From Chitinophaga pinensis (lineage in GTDB: Bacteria; Bacteroidota; Bacteroidia; NS11-12g; UBA955), in contig CAMDAF010000006.1 of assembly GCA_945888525.1 (NCBI GenBank), forward strand, positions 19,489 through 83,488: a stretch of 64,000 nt of DNA, in the 5' to 3' direction. This document shows, one piece after another, positions 47,501 through 57,063 of the stretch. Under the pieces are notes generated by a model, which saw only the letters and a program-made list of their open reading frames with translations, had not been told where the DNA came from and searched no databases. The translations under genes and the position numbers were made by a program. The first letter of the stretch is position 1. Each line of letters starts with the position of its first letter.

Positions 47501-47726
47501 CTATGGCAATGTTGGCAGAGGCTATTTAGGTCTTGGTAAAGCAGAGTTGATTTTAGGGGAACAAGATTCGGCTTTTTACAATTTGCAGGCGGCCATTCAA
47601 TTAGACCCTCGAAGTGCAGAAGCGTACTATATTATTGGAACAGAATTACAAAAAACTGGCCGTGAAAAAGAAGCGGAACAGTTTTTGAATGAGTATATGA
47701 AATTAACCGGAATGCCTCAACAATAG
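44526..47726 (+). CDS. Chimeric membrane protein: Wza/Poly_export-like periplasmic module, GT-C (PMT/ArnT-like) polytopic glycosyltransferase core, and C-terminal TPR repeats
   Basis: Residues about 330-410 (YKRYPVDESGFIEHRTLGKINVAGKTLPEIKSVLKDKL...ASVSV) resemble a polysaccharide-export domain. Residues about 420-760 form a multi-TM GT39/GT83-like segment. Residues about 860-1066 are TPR-like (AYQNLGEVYY..., AYYIIGTELQKTG). Confidence 0.5.
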   Translation: MSTKQNSSDKTISNSANTAVYISQSNGNKQAEKDLLELAEICFKSNNPFTLFASEKLKSNSISDLLKDSKIKTINPNGFGEDIKNILTLQLPLSNRADAILKWTQNANKAFNGKNMVAAIGRNSDKSNFYDKHLAYWSNFWPKFFTGANSNLSSCEAVLLSEDDFKYLVLEKKIDSAWQLAALGEKEGICTKVPFEYKASDFKLGDASKSFARGLVDGIKTLINYFFKAVNPGDQITDKSNINHSLYKKIFGFSAVFLLIGMLSISNDYNVTWDEPNHNNYSQDVLDYYTSMGEDTSMFDFQAEGHRDNFTNVLYGMGIDVLASGVNRIIGTNETAVPKDIIAITFTGNIVDSLFNNQYKRYPVDESGFIEHRTLGKINVAGKTLPEIKSVLKDKLNEGSVNASVSVGFSSFKAHHAEFVTRHILNTITGFLAILFASLLVRMLSGWLPAIITLIALVCSPSFFGQCFNNPKDIPFAAGYIMSLYYLVRLLKELPSARHQTKVMLALAIGFTISIRVQGVLPLGFLLMFMGLHWLLNYANKKDNKFLVYVKHGLLIGIVAYILGILFWPYALRNPIDGTLKALTEFDKFSYLTYYELFDGVRLFDKPWYYEPKLIMLTAPLAVLAGLLPGVLLGWKNNKTQRLMIGLVLLATFFPSAYIIYKKSYVYNGWRHFIFIYPSLVAIAILGWHWLAGLFKNAKIKMGLMLIIGLTFIKPGIWSIVNHPYQYIYFNEIAGGVEAANGKYELDYWNQTPRAAFKWLIENHPEVLKGDIKVSSNNIQEALKTFVPEGKDVKYAWTREYEWADNNWTYAIWTTRTLSKNQILNGYWPPKGTIHEIKVDGVTIAAVVRSNSNYSYLGKQCLKKNNGDSALWYYEQAYAFNPLEEEYARGVADACKMKMRLDSAVMFYKKAIELRDGNYEAYQNLGEVYYTQALMADQNNPNAKMLELAFETLALAFKHKKNASAPLLMGEIRLQQKNALEAKMYFNLFNQAYGNVGRGYLGLGKAELILGEQDSAFYNLQAAIQLDPRSAEAYYIIGTELQKTGREKEAEQFLNEYMKLTGMPQQ

Positions 47727-47772
47727 ATATAAGCAAAGCAACGTTTATAGACTAATTCTTGTCCTATAATAA

Positions 47773-50280
47773 ATGAAAAAAATAGTCCTTGCCATATTGC
47801 TTGCAGGACTGATGCAAAAAGCCTCAGCAACCCATATTGTGGGCGGTGAGGTAATGTACCAATATCTAAGCACTTCCAATGGCTTAAAGAACTATAGGGT
47901 TACCATGTACCTTTACATCGATTGTATAAATGGTGCCGCTGGCGCAATTTCTAGCGACAATGAAGCCCTTTTCAATGTATTTAAAACAAGTAACCAAGCA
48001 CTTCAAACCAATTTGTGTAAAACAGTGGTGCGAACAGGCCCCGTCACCGTTAGCGATTTAAATTACAAATGCATTAAAAACAAACCCAGTGCGTGTGTAG
48101 ACAAATACACCTACGTAACGACAATGAGTTTACCAGCCAACACCCGTTATTTAATTACATTCGAACGTTGCTGCAGAAACAAAACCATCAATAATATTGT
48201 AGATGCTGAAAATACTGGCGCGACTTATTTCACTGAAATCAATACCGCACTTAACAACAGTTCTCCTTTTTTCAAATCATTGCCACCAAACTTCCTTTGC
48301 ACCAATGCACCGTTGAAATTTGACCACAGTGCTATGGATGCAGACGGCGATTCATTGGTGTACGAACTGTTTCAACCTTTTGATGGTGCCGGAACATCGA
48401 CAAACACGGCGTCAAGACCTGATTATTCAGACCCAGGCAACTTGCCTCACTATCCAAGCAATTTGGTGCTTTGGAACCCCGGCTACAACACCTATTTCAA
48501 CCAAATCGATGGCAGTCCAACTTTAACCATCGACCGCAAAACAGGTAAACTTACATTGACGCCAACACAGCCAAATCAATATGTTATTGGAATCAAAGTT
48601 AAAGAATATAGAAAGGGCGTTTTAATCGGTGAGACCAAACGCGACTTCCAATTCAATGTTGCAGATTGTAATTTTGATGTGGTATCGTCTTTCTTTGTCC
48701 CGCAAAAAAATTGTGTAGGCAATCCCATTACCTTCACCAATAGAAGCCAAGGTGGTATTCGTTACTCTTGGAATTTTGGCGACACGAGCACACTAGCAGA
48801 TACCTCTAATCTAAAAAATCCTGCCTATACCTACAAAAACCCAGGAAACTACACCATCACTTTAGTTACCAGCAGCTCGGTATGTATTGATACCAGCGAT
48901 TACGAGATAACAGTTATTCCTAAATTTGTGGTTAAGCTTCCCCAAGACACCTTGGTGTGCGGAAACTTTAGCAAACTGCTTTATTCCAATATTACCAATA
49001 CAACTGGAAAAACTTTCCAATGGAGCACAGGTCAAAATTCAAAAACCATTACAGTCAATAAAGCTGGCTTGTATTGGCTTTCGGTAAGCGAAGCACCTTG
49101 TACTTCTGGCGATTCAATTTTCATTACCAACGATTTAGAAAAAATTAATTTAGGCCCCGACTCGGTCATCTGTCGCGATAGCTTTGTTCGATTTACCTAT
49201 CCTGGTAAGCCAGGATACAAAACCTATTTATGGAACGATGGCAGTATAAAAGATTCTGTATTTATCACTAAACTCGGAACCTATTGGGTAAATATCACCA
49301 ATAAAAACGATTGCCCATCAACAGATACTATAACTTTTGTTTTATACCCTCCGCCACTCATAAGACTTTACGACACTCTATTCTGCAAGGGCACTTCAGT
49401 GGTTTTAGATGGCGTTAATTATTCTGTTAAAACCAAGCTAGAAACCAATTATCTCTGGAACACAGGAGACACCAGTTCCAAAATCACGACGTTTATACCT
49501 GGAACCTATATAATAAAAGTAAGGAACCGACTTTGCACAGTGTTTGATACAGCTGTATTAATCCATATTCAAACAGGTTTGGATTTAGGCGTCGACACTT
49601 TTTACTGTGGACCAGTTGACCGTTGGCTATACCCTCAAAAAGGTTTTGTAAAATACCAGTGGCACGACTTTGCCGAAACCATTAATTACCGTGCAACAAC
49701 GCCAGGAAAGAAAAAACTAACCATTACCACCAAAGAAGGCTGTATAGAATCCGATTCAGTATTGATTACACAATTTCCTGTAAGAGATGGTGGTTTGGGC
49801 AAGGACACTGCCATCTGTTTGTCATCCTCTTTAAGCCTTACCGCTGCTGACAGCATGATCAATTACCTGTGGAACACGGGAGAAACAACCCGTAAAATCC
49901 GTATCAGCTCAGGTGGTACTTACACTGTTACCTTTAAATATGGCATCGGTTGCATCAATGCCGACAGCATTAAAATTTCAGAAGCTGGCGATGCCTTGCC
50001 AAATGAGATGTTTATGCCAAATGCTTTTTCACCTAACGACGACAACATGAATGAAGTATACCCTGGCAACAAATACGCTGATCCAGGTTCCGCTTATATG
50101 CTAAGAATATACAACCGTTGGGGCGAAAAAATATTTGAAAGCAATACCCCTCAGATTGCTTGGGATGGTAAATACAAAGAGGAAGAAGTGCCTCAAGACG
50201 TGTATGTATTTTATGTTAAGTACGTCGGTTGCGACGACAAAGAGCGCTGGTTCAGAGGCACCGTCAGCCTTCTAAGATAA
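47773..50280 (+). CDS. Secreted adhesin-like protein with PKD-like repeats and T9SS type-B (gliding-motility-associated, CHU_C) C-terminal domain
   Basis: It has a signal peptide. The C-terminus is MPNAFSPNDDNMNEVY...LRIYNRWGEKIFES...AWDGKYKEEEVPQDVYVFYVKY...GTVSLLR. Confidence 0.7.
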   Translation: MKKIVLAILLAGLMQKASATHIVGGEVMYQYLSTSNGLKNYRVTMYLYIDCINGAAGAISSDNEALFNVFKTSNQALQTNLCKTVVRTGPVTVSDLNYKCIKNKPSACVDKYTYVTTMSLPANTRYLITFERCCRNKTINNIVDAENTGATYFTEINTALNNSSPFFKSLPPNFLCTNAPLKFDHSAMDADGDSLVYELFQPFDGAGTSTNTASRPDYSDPGNLPHYPSNLVLWNPGYNTYFNQIDGSPTLTIDRKTGKLTLTPTQPNQYVIGIKVKEYRKGVLIGETKRDFQFNVADCNFDVVSSFFVPQKNCVGNPITFTNRSQGGIRYSWNFGDTSTLADTSNLKNPAYTYKNPGNYTITLVTSSSVCIDTSDYEITVIPKFVVKLPQDTLVCGNFSKLLYSNITNTTGKTFQWSTGQNSKTITVNKAGLYWLSVSEAPCTSGDSIFITNDLEKINLGPDSVICRDSFVRFTYPGKPGYKTYLWNDGSIKDSVFITKLGTYWVNITNKNDCPSTDTITFVLYPPPLIRLYDTLFCKGTSVVLDGVNYSVKTKLETNYLWNTGDTSSKITTFIPGTYIIKVRNRLCTVFDTAVLIHIQTGLDLGVDTFYCGPVDRWLYPQKGFVKYQWHDFAETINYRATTPGKKKLTITTKEGCIESDSVLITQFPVRDGGLGKDTAICLSSSLSLTAADSMINYLWNTGETTRKIRISSGGTYTVTFKYGIGCINADSIKISEAGDALPNEMFMPNAFSPNDDNMNEVYPGNKYADPGSAYMLRIYNRWGEKIFESNTPQIAWDGKYKEEEVPQDVYVFYVKYVGCDDKERWFRGTVSLLR

Positions 50281-51084
50281 TTATTTAAAAGGGCTGTCCT
50301 TTTCTTTGGCGACTGTGTTGTAAACCAATTTATCCAAAAGACTTGGAAAAAACTTACTTAAAAACAGAGTGGCCTTGCCTTGAAAACTCAAATACAAATA
50401 AGACCTCTGTTTGTTAATGGCTTTAAAAATTTCAGTTGCCACTTTTTCCGCAGACATTAATTTAGATTCATCAAACGGACTTTCTGATTGGCTTTTACCC
50501 TCTTGATTCAAGGCCGCATTTCTAATATTTGAAGCCGTATATCCTGGGCAAGCGATTAAAACTTTCAAGCCTGTTTTTAAATTTTCAATACGCAGAGATT
50601 CCAAAAAACCGTGCATGGCAAACTTAGAAGCGGAGTAACCCGTGCGGGCTGGCAAACCTTTTATCCCAGCAATGGAAGAAACACCAACAACCGTACCTTT
50701 TGATTTTAGTAAATATGGCAAGGCAAATTTTGTACAGTATACAGTGCCCCAAAAATTGATGTCCATCACCTGCTTAATCACTGAGAGGTCGCAATCCTTT
50801 AACAAAGCCCTCATGCTTATGCCTGCATTGTTAATTAGAATATCTATCCCTGAAAAAGCAGAAACCGTTTCATCAATAATTCGTTGGCAATCGCTTTCAA
50901 TTTGCACATCCGCTTGAACAACAATAACCTGAGCCCCTAAGCGCTCACAAATTGATTTTACTTGGTTCAATTTTTCGAAATTTCTGGCGGCTAAACAAAT
51001 ATTTAGTTTTAATTCAGCGGCCCGATAAGCCAAAGCTTCACCAATACCTGATGATGCGCCTGTTATTATTACTGTTTGAGGCAT
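50281..51084 (-). CDS. Short-chain dehydrogenase/reductase (SDR)
   Basis: It has the cofactor motif TGASSGIG, the catalytic YxxxK (YSASK) and NNAG. Confidence 0.85.
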   Translation of the reverse strand: MPQTVIITGASSGIGEALAYRAAELKLNICLAARNFEKLNQVKSICERLGAQVIVVQADVQIESDCQRIIDETVSAFSGIDILINNAGISMRALLKDCDLSVIKQVMDINFWGTVYCTKFALPYLLKSKGTVVGVSSIAGIKGLPARTGYSASKFAMHGFLESLRIENLKTGLKVLIACPGYTASNIRNAALNQEGKSQSESPFDESKLMSAEKVATEIFKAINKQRSYLYLSFQGKATLFLSKFFPSLLDKLVYNTVAKEKDSPFK

Positions 51085-51093
51085 CTTTTAGAA

Positions 51094-51624
51094 TTATTTC
51101 TTCCAAAGTATATCACAACCTTGCGGCGGTAATTCTGGATAATCGATGTCTATCCCATCCAAGCAATACTCTATTGCATCTTCAAGATAAGCCATCATTA
51201 CCTGTGACTCATTTTCCCATTGGTCATCAATGATACCTTTATAAACCAATTCACGCTTCGAATTAAACAAAAATACTTCAGGAGTTTTTGTTGCAGCAAA
51301 CTTTTTAGCCAGTGATTGATCAGCATCCTTTAAATAGACCATTCTTTCTGCTTTCAATTTTTTCAAGACAGCTTTCATTGCGTCCAATGATTCATTGTTG
51401 TCTTGCAGTTCATCATTTGAATTGACAACAACCAGTGCCATATTGTCTTCTTCGTATTGATCTGCTAATTTAATTATTCTGTTCCAATAAGCTTTTGAAT
51501 ACGTGCAGGAATTGCTTGCAAAAATGACGCACAACGCATATTTATCTGCAAAAGCAAAATTACTATAAAGCTCACCATTGGTGGCTTGAAGTTTGAAATT
51601 ACTGAGTTTGTCGCCTATATTCAT
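51094..51624 (-). CDS. Thioredoxin-fold protein (redoxin-like, single-Cys CxxS variant)
   Basis: It has a SNSCTYSKAYW motif and a thioredoxin-like topology. Evidence is weak. Confidence 0.4.
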   Translation of the reverse strand: MNIGDKLSNFKLQATNGELYSNFAFADKYALCVIFASNSCTYSKAYWNRIIKLADQYEEDNMALVVVNSNDELQDNNESLDAMKAVLKKLKAERMVYLKDADQSLAKKFAATKTPEVFLFNSKRELVYKGIIDDQWENESQVMMAYLEDAIEYCLDGIDIDYPELPPQGCDILWKK

Positions 51625-51702
51625 ATCAAAATAATAATTAGGCGAATATCATATAAAATATTTGTTTTGAAAAACAGAATCAAGCATTCTTGTAAACAAT
51701 AA

Positions 51703-51951
51703 ATGAATCTAAAAAACACTTTGGTTATTGGGGCAAGTGAGAACCCAGAGCGCTATTCGAACAAAGCCATAAGACGTCTAAACCAGCACAAGCATCCTGT
51801 TTTTGCAATTGGAAATAAAATTGGCGAAGCAGATGGCATTGAACTCCTGCCTTTCTATTCTGTCAAAAAACAGTTCCAATACAGTCTTTTTAGAGCTAAA
51901 TATTTTTACAAAAAACTAAGTAAAAATACTCATTTTTTACGCCAAATTTGA
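51703..51951 (+). pseudogene. Truncated CoA-binding domain protein (YccU-like) remnant
   Basis: The N-terminus LVIGASENPERYSNKAIRRLNQHKHPVFAIGNK matches the CoA-binding fold, but similarity is lost after about 50 aa. The ORF ends at 82 aa against an expected 120-140 aa. No C-terminal remainder is found downstream. Confidence 0.4.
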
Positions 51952-52297
51952 AGTTTTAGATTTTACTTCGGTACTGAGCAGAAAATCACCAGAACAGAAA
52001 ACGCATTTAAAAAAGAGTAAAAAATATTGCCAAGGAATAAACTACACCAAGCATTCATTTAAGAATAATTCAAAAGAGCCGAAACAAGCGCTAGAAACCT
52101 ATAGACGCCAAAAACCGCATCATTTCTGACACGGTCTTTGACAAAACTAAAACTATGAAAACACTATAATAGTGTAGAGCAAATTTAGGCACGAATTTTA
52201 ATTTTACAAATATTTTTTATTAAATATTTTTATAAATCATAACAATACCGAAGTATTTCACAACTATTCATCGTCTAAAATGAGTAAAAATACTCAT
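51919..52297. mobile_element. Possible MITE-like or insertion remnant, about 350 bp, bounded by 15-bp direct repeats (AGTAAAAATACTCAT) with subterminal inverted repeats (TACTTCGGTA / TACCGAAGTA)
   Basis: The direct repeats lie at 51919-51933 and 52283-52297. The inverted repeats lie at 51964-51975 and 52247-52258. The interior is non-coding AT-rich DNA. It is adjacent to the truncated CoA-binding ORF. Confidence 0.25.
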
Positions 52298-52364
52298 AAA
52301 AATACGGAAATTCCCTTTTTTAGCGCATTTATAAATATTGCATTACTTTTGCACTTTCAATTAA

Positions 52365-54323
52365 ATGAAATTTTTTGCCTTTTGCTTTTTCGCGATCTTA
52401 ATCCATCCAATTTGTGCGCAAAGCATTGCGGAGGAACTATACGATACAGCCAAAAGAATTGACCCAGTTTCTGTTTCTCAAGATGGTTTTTTGCGCAACA
52501 GCAAATACGACCAACGCTTGGACAGCAGTCTCTTGTATTTCCAGCAGTACGACCGCACTAAGAAAAACAATATCGCCATTCAAAACCTAGGCGATGTGCA
52601 CACCCCTTTCTTGGATCTGCAATTTAGGCCCTTCGATAAAACAGGTGTTGTTGCTGGAATGAACCCTTTTCAAAACCTTTATTATTCCATCGAACAAGCG
52701 CGCTTTTACAATACGCCCCTTCCCTATACCGAATTCCAATACGCTCAAGGTAAAGGCGGCCGCAGAGGCATGATCGATTTCGATGCCATGCACACGCAAA
52801 ACTTTGGCAAAAAATTCAATCTCGCAGCGCTTTACCACAGCAGCTCCAACGATGGATATTACAGCAGGCAAAGTTTATCTTGCAAAAATTTATTGTTAAG
52901 CTCCTATTACAAAAGCGAATCGCAACGCTATGCCGCTACATTTATTTTCACTTGGAACAAAACCAATTTTCTTGAAAATGGGGGGATCGTTCAAACAGAA
53001 AACAACGAAGCACTTTTTAAACGCTTGCCCAACAACTCACGTATCGTCCCCGTTTCCCTTAACAATGCCCGCAACATCAACCGCTACCGTGAAATGAAAT
53101 TCTCTCATGTTTATTGGATTATTATGGGTACAGATTCAGACACTGGAAAATCGAGTACCGGCAAACTCGGTATTAGCCACAGTTTTTCTGCCCTTAAAAA
53201 CAGCAATTACTACACCGACAAATCTTCTGACTTTGGATTTTACGACAGTGTTTATTTATACAATGACTTAGCAAGCACAGATTCATTCGCTTTAACGCAA
53301 GTTAGCAACAGCATAGAAGTATTTACTCCGCTAAATGGGCATAGTCTCGCTTTTAAAGCGGGTTTAAAAAACGATCATTTTTCGGTTTACCAATCGGCCA
53401 ACCCGAGCAACTACAACAATTATATTGCCCATAATAATTCTGTGTATGCCCAATTCAATTTTAAACTTTCGAAACGCTTTGTTTCAGAAGCCACAGGAAC
53501 CTATTATTATGAAGGGTATAACCAAAATGACTATTTGCTAAAGTGGAAAAATAGCAGCACTTGGGGCAAGCACAATCAATGGAGCATTCGTGCCAATGCT
53601 TTATCGAATGCCAGAAAAGCAGACTTCAGACAGTTGCGCGTATTGAGCAACCACTTTCGTTGGGACAATTCATTCAAACAAACCAGGAATCAAAATATTT
53701 CTGTGGGTATTTCTAAAAATATTAAACGTCCGAGCAGTTACAATGCCTATTCGTATGCCCTTCCTAAAAAGGCATTTGAAATAGAGGCGAATTATACGCT
53801 AATTGATAATTTTATATACTACGGTGTAGACAATACACCAAAGCAAGGAGGCGTCGGCCAGTCGTGCTTCCAAGCCGTAGCAAAAGTGCACGCCAATTTA
53901 AAAGCCTTTCAAGTCCATCAAGAGCTCTTATACCAAGTGCTGTCTAATGAATTAAAGACACAAATGCAATTGCCGAGTATTTGTTCTAAAACCAGCCTCT
54001 ACTACCAAACTTATGCTTTTAAGAAAGCAACGTTTCTGCAAATCGGTTTAGACGCCAATATCACCTCCGCATACAAGGCCAGTTTTTACAATCCAGGTAT
54101 AGTAAACTTTAGGGTAAGCGACAAATCGGTGGGTGCCTATCCGTTCATAGACTTCTTTATTAATGCAGAAGTTAAAACTGCTAGAATTTTCTTAAAGATC
54201 GAACACGTCAATCAGAATTTCCAAAATATAAATACCTACCAGAATTATATGTTTACTTCACCTTACCAAGCCTCGGCACCATTTAGACTTAGATTGGGTT
54301 TTGCGTGGAAGTTTTATTATTAA
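52365..54323 (+). CDS. Outer-membrane beta-barrel protein (Bacteroidetes 'putative porin' family)
   Basis: It has a signal peptide MKFFAFCFFAILIHPICAQS. The 652-aa protein shows an alternating amphipathic pattern and ends in an aromatic residue (...GFAWKFYY), typical of outer-membrane barrels. Confidence 0.5.
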   Translation: MKFFAFCFFAILIHPICAQSIAEELYDTAKRIDPVSVSQDGFLRNSKYDQRLDSSLLYFQQYDRTKKNNIAIQNLGDVHTPFLDLQFRPFDKTGVVAGMNPFQNLYYSIEQARFYNTPLPYTEFQYAQGKGGRRGMIDFDAMHTQNFGKKFNLAALYHSSSNDGYYSRQSLSCKNLLLSSYYKSESQRYAATFIFTWNKTNFLENGGIVQTENNEALFKRLPNNSRIVPVSLNNARNINRYREMKFSHVYWIIMGTDSDTGKSSTGKLGISHSFSALKNSNYYTDKSSDFGFYDSVYLYNDLASTDSFALTQVSNSIEVFTPLNGHSLAFKAGLKNDHFSVYQSANPSNYNNYIAHNNSVYAQFNFKLSKRFVSEATGTYYYEGYNQNDYLLKWKNSSTWGKHNQWSIRANALSNARKADFRQLRVLSNHFRWDNSFKQTRNQNISVGISKNIKRPSSYNAYSYALPKKAFEIEANYTLIDNFIYYGVDNTPKQGGVGQSCFQAVAKVHANLKAFQVHQELLYQVLSNELKTQMQLPSICSKTSLYYQTYAFKKATFLQIGLDANITSAYKASFYNPGIVNFRVSDKSVGAYPFIDFFINAEVKTARIFLKIEHVNQNFQNINTYQNYMFTSPYQASAPFRLRLGFAWKFYY

Positions 54324-54335
54324 GAATTGAATAAA

Positions 54336-55979
54336 TTACAACTTCAAGTATTTAATCATTTCCATTTTGCCTTCAATTTCTACTTGTATAAAATACACCC
54401 CTTGGGCGTAGGCGCTTAGGTCGATTAAGTTGCCTTGAATGTCCGCTTCAATTTGTTTGCCCATGGCATCAAATACAAGGACTTTATCTATTATCGATTC
54501 TGAACTCAATTCTATCATTCCGTTGCCCGGATTTGGAAATACAAACACATTTGGGAATGCAGTTTCTGCTTCTATACCCAAATACCCGAAACAATATTGG
54601 TCCATTAATTCCAAAGATTTTTTGATGTTTAAACGCCCGCTCGTAACATTCTTTCCTGCTAGCCCTGGCAAGACATCAACACCTTCCAAAATAAAGCGTC
54701 TCAGCAAGATATTGCCTTTAATTGGGTTTGCTTTCATGGTATCCAATATGCGCGGACAGGCATATGCATTCAAAACCCCTATGGCTGCCGTTACCATAGG
54801 TGTAGCAAATGAAGTTCCTGAAAACCCATTGCGGTACAAAAGGTTGTTTAATACATTTGATTTTGTATAGGCATTGGTGCTGTAAACATTCGCACCAGGC
54901 GCACTCAAATCGACACTTATAGTGCTATATCCTGAAGAAAAATAATTATCACCTGGCGTGGTAGAACCCACGGTAATCAAGTATTTGCTCGGGCATAAAG
55001 TTGGCATATCGCCGTCGGTATCGACTTGATTGTCTTGGTTGTTTGAAACCGCACTCACATTTAATATTCCGTATTTACCCAAGGTGTCGTACAAACCACA
55101 CCACAAAGGGGCTTGGTGCGGATACCAACCATCAACGCCCCAACTTGCATTGGTGGCAACCACATAGGCGCCTTTTTTCCCATTGCTGCTGTTGTATAAC
55201 TTGCGCTGGTGCAATGCATAATTATAAGCCTTCAAAACATCCGACTGAAAAATTGCAGGATTCATGCTGCTGTCTGAAACGTCAATAATCATCAATTTAA
55301 CATGCCACATAATTCCGGAAATACCTACTGAGTTGTTTCCTCTTGCACCTATAATTCCAGATACGGGTGTTCCATGGCCGGCATTATAATACAAGCTGTC
55401 GCTGATGTCGCTGTTGTTATTCATAAAATTCCAGCCGTAATGGTCGTCTATAAAACCATTGCCATCATCGTCTATGCCATTGCCCAAACTGTCGGCGTAA
55501 TTGATCCAGATATTGCCTTGAAAATCGGGGTGCTTTAAATGCAAGCCATCGTCAATTACTGCAATTACTATGGTATCACCATTTCCGTTTACACCTCTGC
55601 GGCTAATGTCCCAAGCCTCGGTGGCCTTAATCATTGGCAAATGCCATTGGTTGTTTAACAGAGGGTCATTGGTGGTTGTAGTACGCAAATAGACCTGAGC
55701 GTTTTCTTGGTGCAATACATATTGAGGTAAATTTCTAATTACAGTTACAGCTTGGTACTCGGGCAAAGAAAAAACATTGAATGAAAAAAGAAACAGTGTT
55801 TTCTCCTGGTTCAAAACTTCAATTTTTGAAAATTTGAAGGCCGCCAATTCGCTTAACACGTCGACTGACTTGCTGCTTGAGAATTGCACGATATATGACT
55901 TTGCATGCACAGGCATTTTCATGGCATGTGCATTTAAAACCAAGACAAAAAACAAAAACAAGACCTTGAACCTTTTCAT
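54336..55979 (-). CDS. Subtilisin-like serine protease (S8) with T9SS C-terminal sorting domain
   Basis: The catalytic triad regions are AVIDDGL (Asp), HGTPVSG (His) and GTSFATP (Ser). The CTD reads VFVFPNPGNGMIELSS...GVYFIQVE. Confidence 0.85.
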   Translation of the reverse strand: MKRFKVLFLFFVLVLNAHAMKMPVHAKSYIVQFSSSKSVDVLSELAAFKFSKIEVLNQEKTLFLFSFNVFSLPEYQAVTVIRNLPQYVLHQENAQVYLRTTTTNDPLLNNQWHLPMIKATEAWDISRRGVNGNGDTIVIAVIDDGLHLKHPDFQGNIWINYADSLGNGIDDDGNGFIDDHYGWNFMNNNSDISDSLYYNAGHGTPVSGIIGARGNNSVGISGIMWHVKLMIIDVSDSSMNPAIFQSDVLKAYNYALHQRKLYNSSNGKKGAYVVATNASWGVDGWYPHQAPLWCGLYDTLGKYGILNVSAVSNNQDNQVDTDGDMPTLCPSKYLITVGSTTPGDNYFSSGYSTISVDLSAPGANVYSTNAYTKSNVLNNLLYRNGFSGTSFATPMVTAAIGVLNAYACPRILDTMKANPIKGNILLRRFILEGVDVLPGLAGKNVTSGRLNIKKSLELMDQYCFGYLGIEAETAFPNVFVFPNPGNGMIELSSESIIDKVLVFDAMGKQIEADIQGNLIDLSAYAQGVYFIQVEIEGKMEMIKYLKL

Positions 55980-56182
55980 TCTTACAAAGATAATTAAAAC
56001 TTAAGTTATAATATTAGACAAGTAAAAATGAAAAAAGCTGCAGGAATGATAAAAACTTTTTTAACAACCCCATTGTTTAAAAACAGCTGCTTCAAAGTCT
56101 TACAAGATGGATTTTAGCCAAGAAAAGCAACAAGTTTTATTGAATACGGTTAAATGCTAAATTTAAATTAATTTCGTACCCA

Positions 56183-56989
56183 ATGAACAGAGAGGAATTG
56201 ATCGCCCAAATAAAAGCAAAAGAAAGTATGCTTTGTGTTGGTTTGGATACCGATATGGACAAATTGCCAGAAGGCGTTGAACACAGCATGAAAGGCATGG
56301 TAGAATTTAACCGCAACATTATTGAAGCCACAAATAAATATGCTGTAGCCTATAAAATAAACACCGCTTTTTACGAGCAATACGGAAGTGAAGGTTGGCA
56401 GTGCATGGAAGAAACGCTTAACTTAATTCCTAAAGATTGTTTCACCATTGCCGATGCCAAGCGTGGCGATATAGGCAATACCAGCTCTATGTATGCCCGT
56501 GCATTTTTTAAGCGCTTAAATTTTGATTCAATTACAGTTGCGCCATACATGGGCGAAGATTCACTAAGTCCATTTTTCGCCTTCGAAGACAAATGGGTTA
56601 TTTGTTTGGGCCTCACCAGCAATGCAGGCAGTAAAGATTTTCAGGTACTAGAATCTGAGGGTCAAAAAATCTACCAGCATGTGATGCATAAGGTAAGCCA
56701 ATGGGGCAATCCAGGAAACTTAATGTTTGTAACCGGCGCTACCAAGGCTAGCGATTTAAACCAATTAAGAGAATCCTTCCCTGAACACTTTTTCTTGGTA
56801 CCAGGAGTTGGTGCACAAGGAGGTACTGTGCACGATGTATGCGTTGCAGCTATGAGCGATTTCGGTGGCTTGTTAATCAACGCCAGCAGAAGTATTTTGT
56901 ACGCCTCTTCAGGTGCCGACTATATCGATAAAGCAGAAGCAGAAGCAAAGAGTTTGCAAATGCAATGCGCCGAAGAAATGTCTAAATAA
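56183..56989 (+). CDS. pyrF: Orotidine 5'-phosphate decarboxylase (type 2)
   Basis: The 268-aa protein has the IADAKRGDIGNTS motif of the longer PyrF subfamily. Confidence 0.85.
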   Translation: MNREELIAQIKAKESMLCVGLDTDMDKLPEGVEHSMKGMVEFNRNIIEATNKYAVAYKINTAFYEQYGSEGWQCMEETLNLIPKDCFTIADAKRGDIGNTSSMYARAFFKRLNFDSITVAPYMGEDSLSPFFAFEDKWVICLGLTSNAGSKDFQVLESEGQKIYQHVMHKVSQWGNPGNLMFVTGATKASDLNQLRESFPEHFFLVPGVGAQGGTVHDVCVAAMSDFGGLLINASRSILYASSGADYIDKAEAEAKSLQMQCAEEMSK

Positions 56990-57063
56990 TTAAGAAAATT
57001 GATTCATAAAAAAATCCCGTTTGGCTATACCGAACGGGATTTTGTATTTTATCTAAACGTGAA

